Virus record (IMG/VR): IMGVR_UViG_3300025108_000029
Span: 1 to 64,000 of that record
DNA: 64,000 nt
Source of the DNA: a virus
Strand: one strand, 5' to 3'
Made by a program: the position numbers and the translations under genes. The notes below the pieces were generated by a model. The model made no database searches. It saw nothing but the letters and a program-made list of their open reading frames with translations, and was not told the DNA's origin. Below, piece after piece: positions 34,566 to 45,200 of the stretch (its first letter is position 1; each line of letters opens with the position of its first letter).

Positions 34566-36140
34566 ATGCCAATAGTATTCAGTCCCGGTGAGCCGGAAAC
34601 TCGGCCTCTCTACCCCTCCGAGACTGTGTACACTACCGCCCAAAAAGTCGCTGACCTACTCGACATTGGCCCAAGTGAGGCTGTTCTTGTCAGTTCCGAC
34701 AGTGCTACTGATGGTGTGTTTGTCACTGGCGGCGACTATCGAAGTATAGGATTCAGTGTAGGTGATACCATACTGATATACTCCGATGCTGACCCTATGG
34801 GTTTTGAAAAAGTTATTACTGCTATTACCAGTTCAGCCAGCGGTGTAAAACTGGCTTTCAGTGGTAGTATTACGGCGGCTGACTACCAAGCGGCTGACAA
34901 TACATATGTGCAAAATCAAGCATCGTTTACTGATGGGCGCACTCGTGGAATGACGAAAACCAAAGTGGACCATGTTATTCTCAAAATGCAAGACCGCATA
35001 GACAATCTTACTCGCAACGCTTGGCGACCTTATTTGGTTTCAGCCGAGTACATCAACTTCGATACCTACAAGCCATACCGACGACGATACTATACTGATT
35101 ATGTCGGCACTGCACCCCTGCTTTTTAGGAATATTCAGCAAATCCTTCGCCTTGAACTATGGCAAGGTGCTGATTATCGTGAAATTGGTGCGGCAGAAGC
35201 CCGTATCAAGTTCAATGATGTTTCCGCCCTTGCTTCGGCGGCTGTTTACATGTCACCCGGTAATGGTAAAGTAGCCACTCTCGCTCAAGGAACGGGTACA
35301 GGACAGTGGCGTGATGACTTTGATGCCGCTACCGTTGCTCAAAACTTTGCTGATTTAATCAATAAAGAAGACCGTGTAAGTAAAGCGGCTGTTGACTTCT
35401 TAACAACGGGTGGTACAGGTTATACTTTAGAAGGCTCAACATCTAATGTTGCTGTTCATAACGAGTTCTATGCTACTGCAAATGCTGACTATGGTACTGG
35501 TGTAGTCAAAGTTACAAGTATGCGGGGTGTAAAAAGCGGTGAAGTATGCAGTATGGTTACTACATCCTCGGACATCGAGATAGACCAAACGCAGACAAAC
35601 AGCACTACTTTTTCAAGTCTTGATTCTACTACAGTCAATGTAGCATCTACCACAGGTTTCGTAGATGCTGGCGTGGCTATAGATGCAAGCGGTGATGTGT
35701 TCCAATATACAGGTAAGACCGCTACATCATTTACAGGATGCGTAGCGGTCACAGGTACTTTAGGTGCTATAACAGGGACTATCACTCAACAATCACTCTT
35801 GGTTGACCTACAGGGTGGTAGTGGTAGCGGTGACAGCGCACGACTCCGTGATTGGTGGCTCGACCATGAAATGGGTATTATTTACTTCAACAACTCTTAT
35901 CCTTTCTTTGAATGGAATGCTATTAAAACAAGTTACATTTACGGTGAAAGGTATTTAGAAAAGGCCATTGAAGACATCTGTACAAAAATGGTAGCAATTG
36001 AATTACTCATGTCCGATGACCGTTCAGTGCTTATTCCCGAAGGAACTCAAAACATTGACCTTGCCAGCAAGGTGCAACTCTACCAAGCCGAGATTGACCG
36101 AACCCTACCAAAGTATGTTGAAATGGTGGTCTTTGAATGA
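34566..36140 (+). CDS. Head-tail adaptor with large beta-rich insertions
   Basis: YTTAQKVADLL, DRIDNLT and SYIYG...IEDICTKMVAIEL adaptor-like segments; position in the cluster. Confidence 0.65.
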   Translation: MPIVFSPGEPETRPLYPSETVYTTAQKVADLLDIGPSEAVLVSSDSATDGVFVTGGDYRSIGFSVGDTILIYSDADPMGFEKVITAITSSASGVKLAFSGSITAADYQAADNTYVQNQASFTDGRTRGMTKTKVDHVILKMQDRIDNLTRNAWRPYLVSAEYINFDTYKPYRRRYYTDYVGTAPLLFRNIQQILRLELWQGADYREIGAAEARIKFNDVSALASAAVYMSPGNGKVATLAQGTGTGQWRDDFDAATVAQNFADLINKEDRVSKAAVDFLTTGGTGYTLEGSTSNVAVHNEFYATANADYGTGVVKVTSMRGVKSGEVCSMVTTSSDIEIDQTQTNSTTFSSLDSTTVNVASTTGFVDAGVAIDASGDVFQYTGKTATSFTGCVAVTGTLGAITGTITQQSLLVDLQGGSGSGDSARLRDWWLDHEMGIIYFNNSYPFFEWNAIKTSYIYGERYLEKAIEDICTKMVAIELLMSDDRSVLIPEGTQNIDLASKVQLYQAEIDRTLPKYVEMVVFE

Positions 36141-36508
36141 GCGTGAGAGAGTTCACCAAAGCCGGAGACAACTTTCACACTCAACTTACTCAAATGTATG
36201 TTAAAGACAAGCAGTTGCAACAGCAAATGCGAGATGAGTTTACTCAAGAACCCGAAGACTTTCGGAAAAGAATGATGGACATAGAGGCTACTGCTCAAGG
36301 ATTACAGAAAACTGATAGTGGTTACTTTAACACTTCAAGTAGAAAACAAGCCACTGACAAAGAAATGGAAAAGTTACTGAAAGCCACCGATGATGCCATG
36401 CTACGGCAAAATCCAAAAATGGCGGAAAATAACCTTCAATTTAAGGATGGTTTTATTATTCCTTTACACTTCAAAGAACTTAGCGACAAAATAGAAGGTG
36501 GTATCTAA
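36137..36508 (+). CDS. Hypothetical neck-region protein
   Basis: 123-aa coupled ORF. Confidence 0.65.
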   Translation: MSVREFTKAGDNFHTQLTQMYVKDKQLQQQMRDEFTQEPEDFRKRMMDIEATAQGLQKTDSGYFNTSSRKQATDKEMEKLLKATDDAMLRQNPKMAENNLQFKDGFIIPLHFKELSDKIEGGI

Positions 36509-36957
36509 TGGTAGCGACATGGACTGAATCACTCGATGTTGTCATAGGTTTATTTCAAACTGAATGGAATAGGGCGAACACCAGTAATGTACGCCCCGTA
36601 GTGCTTGATATTGCAGACACTTCGCCGGAAAGAGGAAAGCGGCTTGACCTTCAACGGCATGATTATGTCCTGTGCTACGAGACAGCGCACAACGAAGAAG
36701 CACCCGAATTATTCTACGATTTTGTCACTTCTCGTATCAATATCACCGTTGACATGCGAACAATTAAGGGTAGGAAGCATCTGCAAGCACTTGAGAACGA
36801 AGTGCGTAGGGTAGTTCATAGTAAGCGAAAGGGGGATGGAGTAAGTTTTGACCGTTTAGTTTTCAAGACCCGCACCGACCTTTCCGACCGTAGCAAGCAA
36901 TTATTCCGCATGACATTCCAAATAGAAGTAGTAATTCTCGCAGAAGCAATACCATGA
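36508..36957 (+). CDS. Putative tail terminator/completion protein
   Basis: 149 aa; position before the tail tube; alpha/beta pattern. Confidence 0.55.
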   Translation: MVATWTESLDVVIGLFQTEWNRANTSNVRPVVLDIADTSPERGKRLDLQRHDYVLCYETAHNEEAPELFYDFVTSRINITVDMRTIKGRKHLQALENEVRRVVHSKRKGDGVSFDRLVFKTRTDLSDRSKQLFRMTFQIEVVILAEAIP

Positions 36958-36967
36958 GTTGATTAAC

Positions 36968-38860
36968 ATGCCAAGCACAGTGTATAAGGGAGATTTAGCA
37001 GAAGTATCATTTGCACCGGAAACGGGTATGGTAATTCGTGATAACACTGATGCGTCAATCGCTGTTCAAAACATCGGAAACAACATTACTAAAATTACCT
37101 TTTCAAATCAAAATAATTCTGCTCTTTTTGACAGTAGTGCTAAGTTGAGATACCCGAAAAATATGCTTGTAGGTTCGCAATTGATATTTGAAGCGGCAGG
37201 TAGTAGTGCTATAAATGTAGGAGATTTACCCGATACTGGTAACGGTGGTCGTGTTTTTACTATTGTAGAAAACGATGGTGTTACTATGAAAATTACACCC
37301 GCTATGATTACCAGTATTGGAGGGAGTGTTAATTTTAGTAATAACGATACAATCCATATTTTACCCTACAAAACTCCACCAATGAATGTAGATATGACAC
37401 ACACGACAGCAGGTGAATCAGTCAAAACAGACCAGTTCTTGGGTATTGCTACGGCTCTTACTCTACCGGAAACTAAAGTGGACTTGAAGCGATTTCATGT
37501 TGTAGGGCTTGGCCGAGATGTAAGTGTACAAGTTCCCGGCAAACTTACCAATGAAGGTGGCTCATTTGAAGTCGCTATGCATTCTGCTCGATGGTTGAAA
37601 TACTGTCTTGGACATGAATTGATTTCATCACCCGATAGTGGCAGTGTAGCAACTACTCTTTCTGCGGAGTCTTTTGCTGGACAATCACATATCGTTGTAA
37701 CGAATAAAACGGGCATTGCGGTGAATGATTATATTGAAATCCGTGATGAAGCACCTCTCGTACCTATTGTAAGCGACCATGAACCCGATGCAGACTCATC
37801 ATCAGCATGGGCAGGGAATATGACTGATTTTTTGTTTGACAACGCTAAACCGCATGAAGTACGAAGAGTCATTGGTATTTCATCAGTTGACAACAGACTA
37901 TACTTGGATGAACCGTTGCTTTACCCTCATGCAAACAGTACTGATATAGAAGTTCGTGACCCCGATACTACGGGTTCTTTACCTGTTATAGTAACATCAG
38001 CAGGTGTCATTACTAATCCAGTTAAAAAATTACTTTTCTCACGCACTACTCAACCTTCGTTTGCTCTTGAAGTATCTCAACGCCGAAGAGACATGGACTC
38101 CGATGAATCAACTACAGATGGTGGAGTTGGAGATACAAAAGAATTGACTCGTGTTTTCCGTGGTTGTAAGGTTACAGACTTTACCATGACAACCGACAAC
38201 GATGCGGCACTGCGCCTTGCCGTTAATTTTAATGCGGCTCTTTGCTACACCGATACTGGTCGTTTAGAGGCAACACCAATTACTCGCTACGCTTCTCACC
38301 GTATGTTTGACGATACCGCTAATACAGCGCAAGGTCGTATTAACTCCGGCATTGCATTGGGAACACAGAAACCGTTTATGTTTTACAACGGTAGCATTAC
38401 ATTGGCCGGACAACAAGTTGCTCAAGTCATGAACTTTTCATTAACAGGACAAACAGGTATGCAAGCGTTCCATACCATTAACGGTCACTATCAAGCAAGT
38501 TCGGCTTCTACCGACCAAGTGCCATTTGCTGGTGCAAGGAACGCAAACCTCATGGTTGAAGGTCAAACATCGTATGAAATGACTATGGAGATTGCAGTTG
38601 ATGACCCACTTTTCTATCATAAAATGCGTACAGGAACCGAGTTTAGTGTTAATGGTGAAGGTGATTCAACAACCAATCAAATCCGTATTATATTTGAAAA
38701 GAACCTTACTGGTGAAAAAATGGTGTTATTGATTGATGATTACTACATTATCGAAGCACCGTTACAAATCCCCGAAGACAAAGGTGTAGTAAAATCAACA
38801 CTCAAGATTATGCCAAAATCAATCAAGGTTTTAGCAAGTGACGCAGTACCAAAGTATTGA
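36968..38860 (+). CDS. Major tail (tube) protein with inserted domains
   Basis: GGSFE...WLKYCLG, PSFALE, RVFRGCKVTDFT and YEMTMEI tube-like segments; ~630 aa. Confidence 0.7.
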   Translation: MPSTVYKGDLAEVSFAPETGMVIRDNTDASIAVQNIGNNITKITFSNQNNSALFDSSAKLRYPKNMLVGSQLIFEAAGSSAINVGDLPDTGNGGRVFTIVENDGVTMKITPAMITSIGGSVNFSNNDTIHILPYKTPPMNVDMTHTTAGESVKTDQFLGIATALTLPETKVDLKRFHVVGLGRDVSVQVPGKLTNEGGSFEVAMHSARWLKYCLGHELISSPDSGSVATTLSAESFAGQSHIVVTNKTGIAVNDYIEIRDEAPLVPIVSDHEPDADSSSAWAGNMTDFLFDNAKPHEVRRVIGISSVDNRLYLDEPLLYPHANSTDIEVRDPDTTGSLPVIVTSAGVITNPVKKLLFSRTTQPSFALEVSQRRRDMDSDESTTDGGVGDTKELTRVFRGCKVTDFTMTTDNDAALRLAVNFNAALCYTDTGRLEATPITRYASHRMFDDTANTAQGRINSGIALGTQKPFMFYNGSITLAGQQVAQVMNFSLTGQTGMQAFHTINGHYQASSASTDQVPFAGARNANLMVEGQTSYEMTMEIAVDDPLFYHKMRTGTEFSVNGEGDSTTNQIRIIFEKNLTGEKMVLLIDDYYIIEAPLQIPEDKGVVKSTLKIMPKSIKVLASDAVPKY

Positions 38861-38869
38861 GGTGAAAAT

Positions 38870-39355
38870 ATGAAGCAATCACTACAGAAATACCGCCGCC
38901 TCGGACCAGTTGGATATGCTAAGTGGATGATTAAGGCAAACGGTCTTGACTTAGTGGAGGCTGACATTGACTGTGCTTCAAATCACACCATTCACGCCGC
39001 TATTGCTGACATCCTCAACAACCCCGTTGAAGTGATTGAAGAAGAAATTAACCCACTGGTGCAAGAAGAAACACCATCCCCCTTCGTCGTTGACGAAGTA
39101 CAATACGATTCCCTTACTGTCGCTGAATTGCGAAAACTATGTAAAGAACGAGGCTTGCCTGTTTATGGCACTAAAGCCGAGATAGTTTTGCGACTCAACC
39201 AAGACGACGAGGGTGTGACTGACGGCCCTACCGAAGAGGTAGCCCCCGAAGAAACGCCGGATGCCCCCACCGAAGAGGTGGCCGCACCCAATGGAAGTGA
39301 AATAGATGAGCAAGAAACAAGTAGTGATGAACAAGAGCCTATTATTGAAGAATGA
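38870..39355 (+). CDS. SAP-domain acidic protein
   Basis: YDSLTVAELRKLCKERGLPVYGTKAEIVLRL is a canonical SAP motif. Confidence 0.85.
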   Translation: MKQSLQKYRRLGPVGYAKWMIKANGLDLVEADIDCASNHTIHAAIADILNNPVEVIEEEINPLVQEETPSPFVVDEVQYDSLTVAELRKLCKERGLPVYGTKAEIVLRLNQDDEGVTDGPTEEVAPEETPDAPTEEVAAPNGSEIDEQETSSDEQEPIIEE

Positions 39356-39680
39356 CGATGTTACCAAGCACACGATTCGGGTTGACCCCGATGACGAAAG
39401 TGCCGTAATTGAAGTATGGGTTCGTGAAATATCATTCCTTGACATCCAAGCCGCCGCACAAGAAATGTTCCTTGTATCAAACGGCGATGTAGCATTGAAC
39501 TTGAAAGGCTACTGGCAATTCGCATTCACCCATTGGGTTACTAAAACTAATCCATCCTTGACTACAGAAGAAATGCTGTCTCTCAAGGGTTATGTCGGTG
39601 AGCAACTCTCCAAAGTGCTACCGCAACCTAATGAGATGGCGGAGGCTTTGCAAGGGGGGTTTACGAAGCCGACCGAGTGA
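39306..39680 (+). CDS. Tail assembly chaperone (gpG-like)
   Basis: Position between tube and tape measure; ends near GGGGGGTTT. Confidence 0.6.
   Translation: MSKKQVVMNKSLLLKNDDVTKHTIRVDPDDESAVIEVWVREISFLDIQAAAQEMFLVSNGDVALNLKGYWQFAFTHWVTKTNPSLTTEEMLSLKGYVGEQLSKVLPQPNEMAEALQGGFTKPTE
39654..39662 (+). other. Candidate -1 programmed frameshift site GGG GGG TTT
   Basis: The -1 frame is open from 39635 into the 39677 ORF. Confidence 0.5.
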
Positions 39681-39961
39681 GGGTCGAGAAGTTTCTTCGT
39701 AAGGATAAAATTGACAGTGAAAGTGATTTAACAACTCAAGTAGAACTTTGGGCCTATACAATCGCTAAACATTATTCAATATCCTTGCTTGAAGTTTACT
39801 CAATGCCCCCTCGGTTATTCAAGCAATCACTCGTTTGGGCGATGGTTGCAACCGAAGAAGAGAAAAAGAAAACCGAACATAGCAAACAACAGGCGAAGGC
39901 AGGTGACAGGGAGATGGTAAGTTTGGATTACTCGTTTTTGGATTGGGAGGGTACTGAATGA
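39677..39961 (+). CDS. Tail assembly chaperone extension (gpT-like)
   Basis: -1 frame relative to the upstream ORF; IAKHYSISLLEVYSMP resembles gpT-like segments. Confidence 0.6.
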   Translation: MRVEKFLRKDKIDSESDLTTQVELWAYTIAKHYSISLLEVYSMPPRLFKQSLVWAMVATEEEKKKTEHSKQQAKAGDREMVSLDYSFLDWEGTE

Positions 39962-40995
39962 CACTCTTAGCCACCCTCGCCTCCATGTCAACGATGGTAA
40001 ACAGCATCGGACCAGCGTTCAAAGGTATAGGCCAAATTGCAAAGAAAATGTTCAGCGACCTCAAAACATTCGTTAATGATAAGTTCATCAAGCCACTCAA
40101 AGAGCAACTCGACGGCATCAAAGAATGGTGGGGTGGATTCAAGGAGACTGTCATTGAAAAGTGGCAGGGTATCAAGGATTTTATTAGCGACAATGTAGTT
40201 GCACCCATACAAGAAAAATGGCAGGGTATCAAGGACTTCATTAGTGATAATGTAGTTGACCCTGTACAAGAAAAATGGAATGGGTTGAAGGAATGGTTTG
40301 GTGGACTTAAGGATTCAGTTGTTGAAAAGTTTACTACGATTAGAAACTTCATTATGGACAAAGTAGTTGGCCCTGTTATGGCAAAATGGGAAGCACTTAC
40401 AGGTAGAATTACAGGTCTTAAGTCGAGTGCAATCGCTACATTTGGTAGCATTAGAGATACTATAACAGGCGTTTTAAGTAATTTATGGGATGCAATACCC
40501 ACCATACCGGATTTTTTAACTCTCGATTATTGGAAAGGGCTTGCTAAAGACATCGGTGCTTCGTTAAGCGGTATCGGTGATTCAATTATTAGTGGTATCA
40601 AAACGGGTATCAACGCTCTCATTGGTTTGTTTAACGACCTATTGGCGGGTATCAACTTCAATAAAACTGTAACCAATCCCTTTACCGGTACAGAATATTC
40701 ATTTGGAGTTGATTTGTCCGACTGGCAAATACCTCAATTAGCCAAGGGTGGTATCGTCAACAAGCCTACACTCGCTATGATTGGTGAGGATGGGCCGGAA
40801 GCGGTCGTACCTCTAAGCCAACGCAACAACCCCGGTGGGGCTGGTATGGGCGGTGGTACATACAACATCACCGTCAACGCCGGAGGTATTACAGACCGCA
40901 CAGACAAGAGAGCATTAGCGAGAGAGATTGGTAACATGATTCAACAAGAACTCGCTCGCAGTATTGGCGGCTCAACCATGAGAGGGCGATACTGA
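39958..40995 (+). CDS. Short tape measure protein
   Basis: Periodic W/F amphipathic repeats; C-terminal IPQLAKGGIVNKPTLAMIGEDGPEAVVPL, typical of TMP ends. Confidence 0.8.
   Translation: MTLLATLASMSTMVNSIGPAFKGIGQIAKKMFSDLKTFVNDKFIKPLKEQLDGIKEWWGGFKETVIEKWQGIKDFISDNVVAPIQEKWQGIKDFISDNVVDPVQEKWNGLKEWFGGLKDSVVEKFTTIRNFIMDKVVGPVMAKWEALTGRITGLKSSAIATFGSIRDTITGVLSNLWDAIPTIPDFLTLDYWKGLAKDIGASLSGIGDSIISGIKTGINALIGLFNDLLAGINFNKTVTNPFTGTEYSFGVDLSDWQIPQLAKGGIVNKPTLAMIGEDGPEAVVPLSQRNNPGGAGMGGGTYNITVNAGGITDRTDKRALAREIGNMIQQELARSIGGSTMRGRY
40156..40278 (+). repeat. 57-nt tandem coding repeat (EKWQGIKDFISDNVVxPxQ)
   Basis: Units start at 40156 and 40213, with a partial unit at 40270. Confidence 0.85.
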
Positions 40996-42203
40996 TGCCG
41001 ACAAATATTCCTGTTCGATTGGTGCGTAAAGACGGTGGATTGATACCGCTGAATGTTACCACCCTTACACTGGATGTTGACCGTAGTATCAACCCGCATA
41101 CCATACCCTTTGCTGGTGGTGAGCGTTTTGCTTTTGATTTGAACATGGCTAAAGCGGTTATTCTTTTAGAAGGTGTCATTACTGATGATGATTTAGTAAG
41201 TGTGGAACTTGGTAGAAGTGCAAAAGCGAGTATTGATTTTTCCACCACTGGTACAGAAGGAGTGAGAAGTGCTGTATCGGGTAGAATAAACCAAATCCAT
41301 CAACCGTTTGTTGGTAGTACATTAACAGCATTGGTGGCAGGATTAACTGCTGATGATTTTGCAGATACAGGAATACCTCAACTTACTATACAAGCAAAAG
41401 ACGGAACTTCTTACATAATTTTCTTTATCAAATCCAATACAACATACGGGTATGATTTAGGTAGTAGTGGTAAATATCATGTTTCGATAGGACAGGCTGA
41501 TGGCACTATGCGTACAGCCGTTGAAATTGCTGGATATTTAAGAGATTTAATCAACAGTAGTGCAAATAGTAATGCTCTTAGTAGTAGATTTACGGCTACA
41601 AGAGTTGACTCTACCAATACAGACGAAGCAGACACCACCGTAGTTATTACCCTTGATACAGCGGGTAGAGTAAACGGTAATAACACACCTACTTGGGAGG
41701 CTAAAAACCGCCGACCACCACTTTCGGAGTTTTTTACAGGAGGTGTTGATACTGCTTCGGAGTTTACAAGTATGAGTGCGGGTGACAAAGTAATGTCGCT
41801 TTACGCTACACTTAACAATTCCAATGACGGTGGTTCTATTGTACCTTTAGTAGCAGGGGCGCAATATGCACAACAAGTGTTTACAGGTGGTAGTAAATTA
41901 AACAAAAAATACGGTGATTACATAAAAGGTATTCAAATACCGTTTAATTCAACCGTTAATAATACAACAGGTGACAAATATGTGGCGAAAAACTTCTTTA
42001 TGCCTACTGGTCCATTTCACGACATAGATTCAAAACATCCAAATAAAGCCAAGGATGCTTCTTCAAGAGTAGTAAATCCAAACGCTACTGGTGATAAAGC
42101 GTTCATTAAAGGTACGGTAACTAAAGCCACTTTTGTACAATTGGGTGGCGAGCCTATCTATCAATTTAACATTCAATTTGTTCCTGTAGAGCATATCATA
42201 TGA
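40995..42203 (+). CDS. Putative distal tail (Dit-like) protein with insertion
   Basis: Directly after the TMP; beta-rich N- and C-terminal halves. Confidence 0.55.
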   Translation: MPTNIPVRLVRKDGGLIPLNVTTLTLDVDRSINPHTIPFAGGERFAFDLNMAKAVILLEGVITDDDLVSVELGRSAKASIDFSTTGTEGVRSAVSGRINQIHQPFVGSTLTALVAGLTADDFADTGIPQLTIQAKDGTSYIIFFIKSNTTYGYDLGSSGKYHVSIGQADGTMRTAVEIAGYLRDLINSSANSNALSSRFTATRVDSTNTDEADTTVVITLDTAGRVNGNNTPTWEAKNRRPPLSEFFTGGVDTASEFTSMSAGDKVMSLYATLNNSNDGGSIVPLVAGAQYAQQVFTGGSKLNKKYGDYIKGIQIPFNSTVNNTTGDKYVAKNFFMPTGPFHDIDSKHPNKAKDASSRVVNPNATGDKAFIKGTVTKATFVQLGGEPIYQFNIQFVPVEHII

Positions 42204-42212
42204 GGTGTAATT

Positions 42213-45200
42213 ATGGTAGGGATAGGTAGAACAAGCAACGCTTTCTTTTTTGATGGCGTTACTGATTCAATACTTATCCCTCAAGGTAACTTTACCAGCG
42301 TAGGACCAGCACGAGATATACTTGGGAAAACAAGTAGAGGCGGTGACGAGTTTACACATATCAACTCTATCATGGATGATAGTTTTGTTATCGAAGCGTG
42401 GGTAGTACCGGACTGTGGTGGTATAGTCGCACACCGTGATGAACAATTTACTCTTGAGTTTGGTACAGTAGATACACCCGGCCCTGCTAAGTTTACTGTA
42501 CAATTAAAAACACAAAGTGGTATGCATCCTGTTTCCTTAAGCACAGCCAAGGCTACATCAACACGATGGGATGGAGTGGTTTACCCGCCGCAAGAAGTAG
42601 GTGGAATACATGATACCTACAATAGATACTTGAAAGACAATACCGCTTACAACGATGCTACAAACCTCAATTTCAAACACCGTGGATTGTATCATGTAGT
42701 AGCAGGAGTTACAGCGGGTTCTGTTTTTTTGTATGTCAACGGACATGTTGTAGCAACGCAAGAAATTGACATTGAAAGTAGAATAGCAGACTCAACAGCA
42801 CATGTGTACATCGGCGGTAAAGGTGGAGAGTTTAGAGGGGCTATCGAGGCTATTCACTTTAATAGTGAGTTCGATTCGCAAATGGCTGTAAGTACTGTAC
42901 CCGTCAACAGTGATACAACAAAAGGTATGTATCGCTTTGAAGAACCACTGGATATTGTAGAAGAATCCTATGACTTTAACGCCTTTACTGTAGCCGCTGA
43001 TGGTACGACAACTACCATTACCGTAGCCGCTACTGACGCTCAAGCCCTCATTGCTCGCTTGACCGGTAAACCGTATGACAGCACCAGTGCTACAACTACA
43101 TTCACAGCCACTCCTTACAGTATGGGTAACTACAAAGTTACCGATTTTGCCACCACACCCGGCACAGAAGCGACACTTGCTATACCTCATACCCCATACA
43201 ACATTCTCATCAATCCGGGTTCTATTAACCGGAATACGGAAAAACCAAACGCTTCTCCGCCGGAAAGAGCAAGAATAGAGTCAATTAACGGTTCTACTGG
43301 GGTAATCACAGTAAGTAGTATTCACATTGATTTTAACATTAGTGGGGGTAAGCGGGGGCTATTACATTCCCGTACTGCTGATATTGACAACTACTTTGTC
43401 GTTGTAAATGCTGATTTGTTGATTGATAATGGAACAGGTAAGCCGTATCAACCTCCACACTACGGTAGTCAAATATTTGATAAAACGGGTCAAATGGTGA
43501 TTGACGAGAGTAACTTTTCACAACACGCATTAGTGTACTCTACTCAAATGGCTACTACTGATAATTCACCAAGCAACCCGTTTGCTGTTTCTTGGCCTTC
43601 TACATTGGATGTTTTGTATCAAGTAGGACACAGTGGGCGACATAGATATTCTCATATCACAGGTCATGAGTATATGCGCCGCTATCCTCAACCCGCATAC
43701 CTCTCAATAGACCAAATCATGGGTGGAACGGCAGATGTTGTTGAAATGGGATATGACAGTAATACAAAGGGTATTGCTGATTTGTTTGCAATGAACGCTC
43801 TATCCGACTTCTATGAAGAAAGTACACAGGTGACAGTGGCTAATTTTATCAATTCGACACCTGCAACTTTTGTAGTGTCAAATGGTTTAGCAAAAAGTAA
43901 AGAGCAAGCCATTGCTATTGGTGGTACAAACTTTGATTACCGCCCATTTATGCTAAAAGGTCCAGTACCGGAGTTTGAAGGTGACATCAATGATGATACA
44001 CGGTTGTATCATTTGCGACCGGAAAGTGTGAGCCGTATTGCTTTACTCAAAGTTCCTACTCTTCAAACCACACATAGCCTTGCACCGTATGTTGAGATAC
44101 ACTACAATGCGGTTGACTTGACTGGTGCGAGTATGGGTAAAACAACACCTTGTTTGATGATAGAAAAGACTGTACCGAGTGGTAATTATGTTCTTACCGG
44201 CTCTACTACAGTGCTTGATGTCATTGAGGCAGACTTAGCCGATGCTACAAAAGACACCACATTGTTTGCACCCGGTGGCCTCATTATGACAGGTAACAGT
44301 CAAACGACCACTACACATCATTTAGAGACAGAACATTCGTTAATCGGTGATAATACCGGAGGGTATGAACTTGACAGTGAAGTAGATTTTAGTCGTTGTC
44401 CTGTCAATTATACGCCACCCGGTAACGCAACAACAGATGGTAATACAACACCTCAACACCTTACAGCGTCACATAATAACGGCGTACACGATTCAGCATA
44501 TCATAAATTATGTATAGAACCAAATGCTGATAATTCTGTTAAAAATATGACTGAAATAGGTTTACAGTCTATTAAACCGGCGGCTGTAATCAATACTGGT
44601 ACAGGAGTATTCGATGAAGGTTCAACTACTGATGCGAGTAATAACTTTGAAATGTTTGACATTATAGATAATGTCGTCTATAATACACACGAGTATTCCG
44701 GTATTATATTTGTTCAGCCATCCGACAGAACCCGAACAAATCAGTTATCGAAAATGCGTACAAATCAAACAGAAGGTAACTCACCAAGTATCGCATCGTT
44801 ACTGTACCTCATGAGCCGCACTCGTATTCGCTCAATAAAAGAAGACGAAGACCCCGGTACAAATGAAAAAACCGTCACTGTATTGGCGACGGGTATCGCA
44901 GAAGGACTCGCTAATCAAAATGTCAACATCACCGGTAGCGGCTCACCGGATTCACACATCGTCAAAGAGATTGAGCCAAACGCCCCTGTAGTTACTGTAA
45001 CACTTGGCGGGCCGGGGCAGGGTGCGATTAACACCAAACCTACCTATGACCCAAGCCCGCTAATGCGATTACCCGGCTCAACCCGCCGTAGTTGCGCTGT
45101 ACAGGCTGTGAGTGTCAATACTGATACCGATAGGATATACATGTCAGTTCAACCCCTCAATAACCTGTCAACAGATATGGCATCGTGGGGAACATATTGT

